A DNA stretch of 64,000 bases, taken from the NCBI GenBank assembly GCA_019187485.1, contig JABAQR010000038.1, positions 4,407 through 68,406 of the forward strand, written 5' to 3'. The stretch comes from Lysobacterales bacterium. GTDB taxonomy: Bacteria; Pseudomonadota; Gammaproteobacteria; Xanthomonadales; SZUA-5. Positions 60,756 to 64,000 of the stretch are shown here, piece by piece (positions within the stretch are counted from its first letter, which is position 1; every line of letters begins with the position of its first letter). Below the pieces are notes generated by a model. The model was not told where the DNA came from. It ran no database searches and saw only the letters and a list, made by a program, of their open reading frames with translations. The position numbers and the translations under genes were made by a program.

Positions 60756-63239
60756 ATGAAACGCTGGAAACGCCTGTTGCGCGCGATGGTCTGGGCTACC
60801 GTCGCCAGCATCCTGCTCGGCGCGCTGACGATCTGGCTCGTCTACCACCACTACGCGCCACAGCTGCCGGACGTCGCGACCCTGCGCGAGGTCCGCTTCC
60901 AAGTGCCACTCAAGGTGTACTCGCGCGACGGCAAGTTGATCGCCAACTTCGGCGAGGCGCATCGCTTCCCGACCAGGATCGACGAGGTGCCCGAGCTGCT
61001 GAAACAGGCCTTCATCGCCACCGAGGACGAGCGCTACTACGAGCATCCGGGCGTGGACTGGCAGAGCATGGCGCGCGTCGGCTGGGAGTTCGTGCGCGCC
61101 GGCGGCGAGTTCGGCACCGGCGGCAGCACGATCACCATGCAGCTCGCGCGCAACTTCTTCCTGACGCCGGAACGGCGCATCGAACGCAAGCTGAAGGAGA
61201 TCCTGCTGGCGCTGAAGATCGAGCGCGAACTCAGCAAGGACGAGATCCTTGGCCTGTACCTCAACAAGATCTTCCTCGGCCATCGCGCCTACGGCGTGGC
61301 CGCGGCCGCGCAGGTCTACTACGGCAAGGCGCTGGCCGACCTGACCCTGCCCGAGGCGGCGCTGATCGCGGGCCTGCCGAAGGCGCCATCCGACCTCAAC
61401 CCGATCCAGAACCCGCAGCGCGCACTCGAACGCCGCAACTACGTGCTGCAGCGCATGCACGAGGTCGGTTACATCGACGATGCGCAGTTGCAGTCCGCGC
61501 TCGCCACATCCGAGTCGGCGCACATCCACGAGCTGCCGATCGAACTGGAAGCACCGTACGTCGCCGAGATGGCGCGCCTGGAGGCCGAGCAACTGCTGGG
61601 CAGCGAGGAGGCTCTGACCGGCGGTTACGTGGTCTACACCAGCGTCGACTCTGCGCGGCAACTGGCCGCCAATGAGGCCCTGCGCAGCGCCCTCATCGAC
61701 TACGAGGAGCGGCATGGCTACCGCGGTCCCGAGGCACACGTGAGCCTCGCGACCGACGATGGTTTGGACACCGCTCGGCGACTGCTGCAAGGCCTGTCGG
61801 CGCCGGGTGCGCTGCTGCCGGCGGTGGTCACTCACCTGGACCCGGAACTGGCGACGCTGACTCTGCGGGACGGCAGCGAGGCAACGCTTGCCCTTGCCGA
61901 GGCGCAGTGGGCGCGACGCTACATATCCGCCGACGAACGCGGACCGACGCCGAAGTCCTTCGACGGACTGCTGAAACCCGGCGACGTGATTCGCGTGCGC
62001 TCACTGGAATCTGGCGCCTGGCGCCTGGCGCAGATCCCGGCCGTGCAAGGCGCGCTGGTCGCGCTCGACCCGGAAGACGGCGGGATCCAGGCGCTGGTGG
62101 GAGGATTCAGCTTCGGTCGCAGCAAGTTCAATCGCGCCACCCAGAGCGAGCGCAACCCGGGCTCCAGCTTCAAACCTTTCGTCTACTCGGCGGCCTTCGA
62201 CAAGGGTTTCACGCCCGCAACGATCGTCAACGATGCACCGATCGTGTTCGAGATCCCGGGCGTGGAGAAGGCCTGGCGGCCGCAGAACGACAATGAGACC
62301 TTCAGCGGTCCGATCCGCCTGCGCGAAGCGATGGTGCGTTCCAAGAACCTGGTGTCGATCCGCGTGCTGGATGCCATCGGCGTGCCCTACGCGCGTCGCT
62401 ACATCGAACGTTTCGGATTTGACCCGAAGCGCCTGCCCGAGAATCTCTCGATGGCGCTCGGCACCGCTTCGGCGCCGCCGCTCACGATGGCGCGCGGCTT
62501 CGCGGCATTCGCCAACGGCGGTTTCCGTGTCGATCCCTGGCTGATCGAGCGTATCGAAGACAGCGAGGGCAAAGTCGTGTACGCGGCCAACCCGGCACGC
62601 GCCTGCGCCGAGTGCCCCGAGCGCATCGCGCAAGAGTACGCGCTGCCGCTCACCGACGGCGACAACGAAGATCCCGCCACAGCGGTGGTGGCCGCCCCCG
62701 CCGAATCCGCGCCAAGCACGCAAGCGCAGGTGTCCGTCGACACGACGCCAACATCGAAACTGGCGCCGCGCGTGATCGACGCGCGCAACGCCTGGCTGAT
62801 CACTTCGTTGCTGATGGACGTGGTCAAGCGCGGTACCGGCCGCAAGGCGATGGAGCTGGGTCGCAACGACCTCGCCGGTAAAACCGGCACCACCAATGAG
62901 CACCGCGACGCCTGGTTCTCCGGCTTCAACCAGTCCCTGGTGGCGACCGCGTGGATGGGCTTCGACGATTTCTCGACACTCGGTAACGGCGAGTTCGCCG
63001 CCAAGACCTCATTGCCGATGTGGGTGAAATTCATGGGCGTGGCGCTGAAGGGAGTTCCCGAGCGCCTGCCGACGATGCCGACCGGCATCACCACCGCGCG
63101 CATCAACGCCGGCAATGGCCAACTGACCGGCGCGGGCGACCCGAACGCGATCATGGAAACCTTTCGCGTCGAAGATCTGGAGCGGCTCGGGCGCAGCGCC
63201 GGCGCCAGCGGCCGTCAGGATCCCTACGAGGTGTTCTGA
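60756..63239 (+). CDS. mrcA: Penicillin-binding protein 1A
   Basis: The ATG at 60756 gives a TM anchor. The glycosyltransferase domain shows EDERYYEHPGVD and RKLKEILLALKIE. The transpeptidase domain shows SSFKP, SKN and KTGTT. Confidence 0.95.
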   Translation: MKRWKRLLRAMVWATVASILLGALTIWLVYHHYAPQLPDVATLREVRFQVPLKVYSRDGKLIANFGEAHRFPTRIDEVPELLKQAFIATEDERYYEHPGVDWQSMARVGWEFVRAGGEFGTGGSTITMQLARNFFLTPERRIERKLKEILLALKIERELSKDEILGLYLNKIFLGHRAYGVAAAAQVYYGKALADLTLPEAALIAGLPKAPSDLNPIQNPQRALERRNYVLQRMHEVGYIDDAQLQSALATSESAHIHELPIELEAPYVAEMARLEAEQLLGSEEALTGGYVVYTSVDSARQLAANEALRSALIDYEERHGYRGPEAHVSLATDDGLDTARRLLQGLSAPGALLPAVVTHLDPELATLTLRDGSEATLALAEAQWARRYISADERGPTPKSFDGLLKPGDVIRVRSLESGAWRLAQIPAVQGALVALDPEDGGIQALVGGFSFGRSKFNRATQSERNPGSSFKPFVYSAAFDKGFTPATIVNDAPIVFEIPGVEKAWRPQNDNETFSGPIRLREAMVRSKNLVSIRVLDAIGVPYARRYIERFGFDPKRLPENLSMALGTASAPPLTMARGFAAFANGGFRVDPWLIERIEDSEGKVVYAANPARACAECPERIAQEYALPLTDGDNEDPATAVVAAPAESAPSTQAQVSVDTTPTSKLAPRVIDARNAWLITSLLMDVVKRGTGRKAMELGRNDLAGKTGTTNEHRDAWFSGFNQSLVATAWMGFDDFSTLGNGEFAAKTSLPMWVKFMGVALKGVPERLPTMPTGITTARINAGNGQLTGAGDPNAIMETFRVEDLERLGRSAGASGRQDPYEVF

Positions 63240-63241
63240 GC

Positions 63242-63670
63242 GTGCTCGGATGCGGCGGTCCCGGTGACCAGGCCACGCTGCGTGCGCAGCTCGAAGCTGC
63301 GTTGCAGGCGATGACGCTGCTCGCGAACTACTCGCCACGATTGGCCGGTTTGCTGGCGACAGGACACGCCGAGCGCCGCTTGCCGGTGGTGCTGCACCTG
63401 TGTGCGGAGCATGTGGACGAGGTACATCGCACACTGGTCGCACGCGATATTCCGGTACGCACCTTCGCCACTCGCCTGCACATCCCGCGGGAAGGCGCAC
63501 AGGTGCTGCCCGGCATTGGCTTTTTCGCCGGTGCGCAGGAGTTCCGTCTGCTGGTCTTCAGCGAGTCACAGTTCCGTCAGCGCCTGTGCGTCGGCGCCGA
63601 AACCGAGCCGTCGACGCGTCTGCCCGAGGCGAAAGTGCGCGAGTGGATCGCCCGCCTGCCGGCCGCCTGA
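63242..63670 (+). CDS. Hypothetical protein
   Basis: Third-position GC-rich codons run throughout. Possible starts are the GTG at 63242, just after the mrcA stop, or the ATG at 63311. No recognisable motif. Confidence 0.5.
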   Translation: MLGCGGPGDQATLRAQLEAALQAMTLLANYSPRLAGLLATGHAERRLPVVLHLCAEHVDEVHRTLVARDIPVRTFATRLHIPREGAQVLPGIGFFAGAQEFRLLVFSESQFRQRLCVGAETEPSTRLPEAKVREWIARLPAA

Positions 63671-63733
63671 TCCACAACACCAGGTCCGGACGGCCACCAC
63701 CGCCCACCCCGTGCCTTCGTGGTCTTCCCTGCC

Positions 63734-64000
63734 TCAGGGACCACTGCGGTCGGCGAGCGCCACGTAGTCGCGCGAAGGGGCCCCGACGTAGATCTGCCGC
63801 GGCCGCCCGATCTTGACGTCGCCCGAGCCATTCTGTTCCAACCAGTGGGCGATCCAGCCGGCGGTGCGCGCAAGCGCGAACATCACGGTGAACATCTCGA
63901 CCGGGATCTTGAGCGCCTTGTAGATGATACCGGAGTAGAAATCGACGTTCGGATACAGCTTGCGCTCGATGAAGTAGTCATCCTTCAGCGCGACGTCCTC
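63734..64000 (-). CDS. gltA: Citrate synthase, C-terminal fragment (5' part lies beyond the window)
   Basis: The reverse strand translates to ...[67 protein letters not shown]...*, which matches the conserved GltA C-terminus. It is not in the ORF track because no start codon lies within the window. Confidence 0.88.
   Translation of the reverse strand, partial: EDVALKDDYFIERKLYPNVDFYSGIIYKALKIPVEMFTVMFALARTAGWIAHWLEQNGSGDVKIGRPRQIYVGAPSRDYVALADRSGP

Overview
High-GC chromosomal segment, read by eye only with no searches run. Gene content and order look like a Xanthomonadales-type gammaproteobacterium; that assignment is inference. About 60 protein genes are supported, mostly conserved housekeeping blocks. 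In order: ECF sigma plus Ser/Thr kinase pair; suhB; yggX-mutY; ftsY; rsmD-coaD; yfhL-ggt; a POT transporter; era-rnc-DUF4845-lepB-lepA; a three-gene redox cassette (SDR, wrbA, yqjG); rpoE-rseA-mucB; a FimX-like GGDEF/EAL gene, an orphan ORF and pilZ; holB; mltG; pabC-pabB; fabF-acpP-fabG-fabD-fabH-rpmF-yceD; tkt; pilMNOPQ; mrcA; and the 3' end of gltA. I saw no rRNA, tRNA, CRISPR array, transposase, integrase or prophage genes. The main unexplained signal is non-coding. At least nine intergenic spacers carry elements with the same architecture: a short unit repeated in tandem, a unique centre, then the reverse complement of that unit. The unit differs between loci while the two arms of each locus co-vary, and several loci share a core motif. 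Most sit just after stop codons, some inside operons that are normally tightly packed (rnc-era, lepA-lepB, acpP-fabF). I do not recognise them as REP/BIME, ERIC, Correia or SMAG elements. Other items worth follow-up: a single polypeptide joining a Cys-less nicotinamidase-like domain, an APH-type kinase domain and a CX5R phosphatase domain; a large Ig-repeat lipoprotein and a cNMP-gated EAL phosphodiesterase appended to pilMNOPQ; pilZ clustered with an orphan ORF and a FimX-like protein; and a 144-bp element closed by perfect 18-bp inverted repeats in front of an outer-membrane protein gene. Many very long antisense ORFs in the supplied track are high-GC shadow frames and were rejected.
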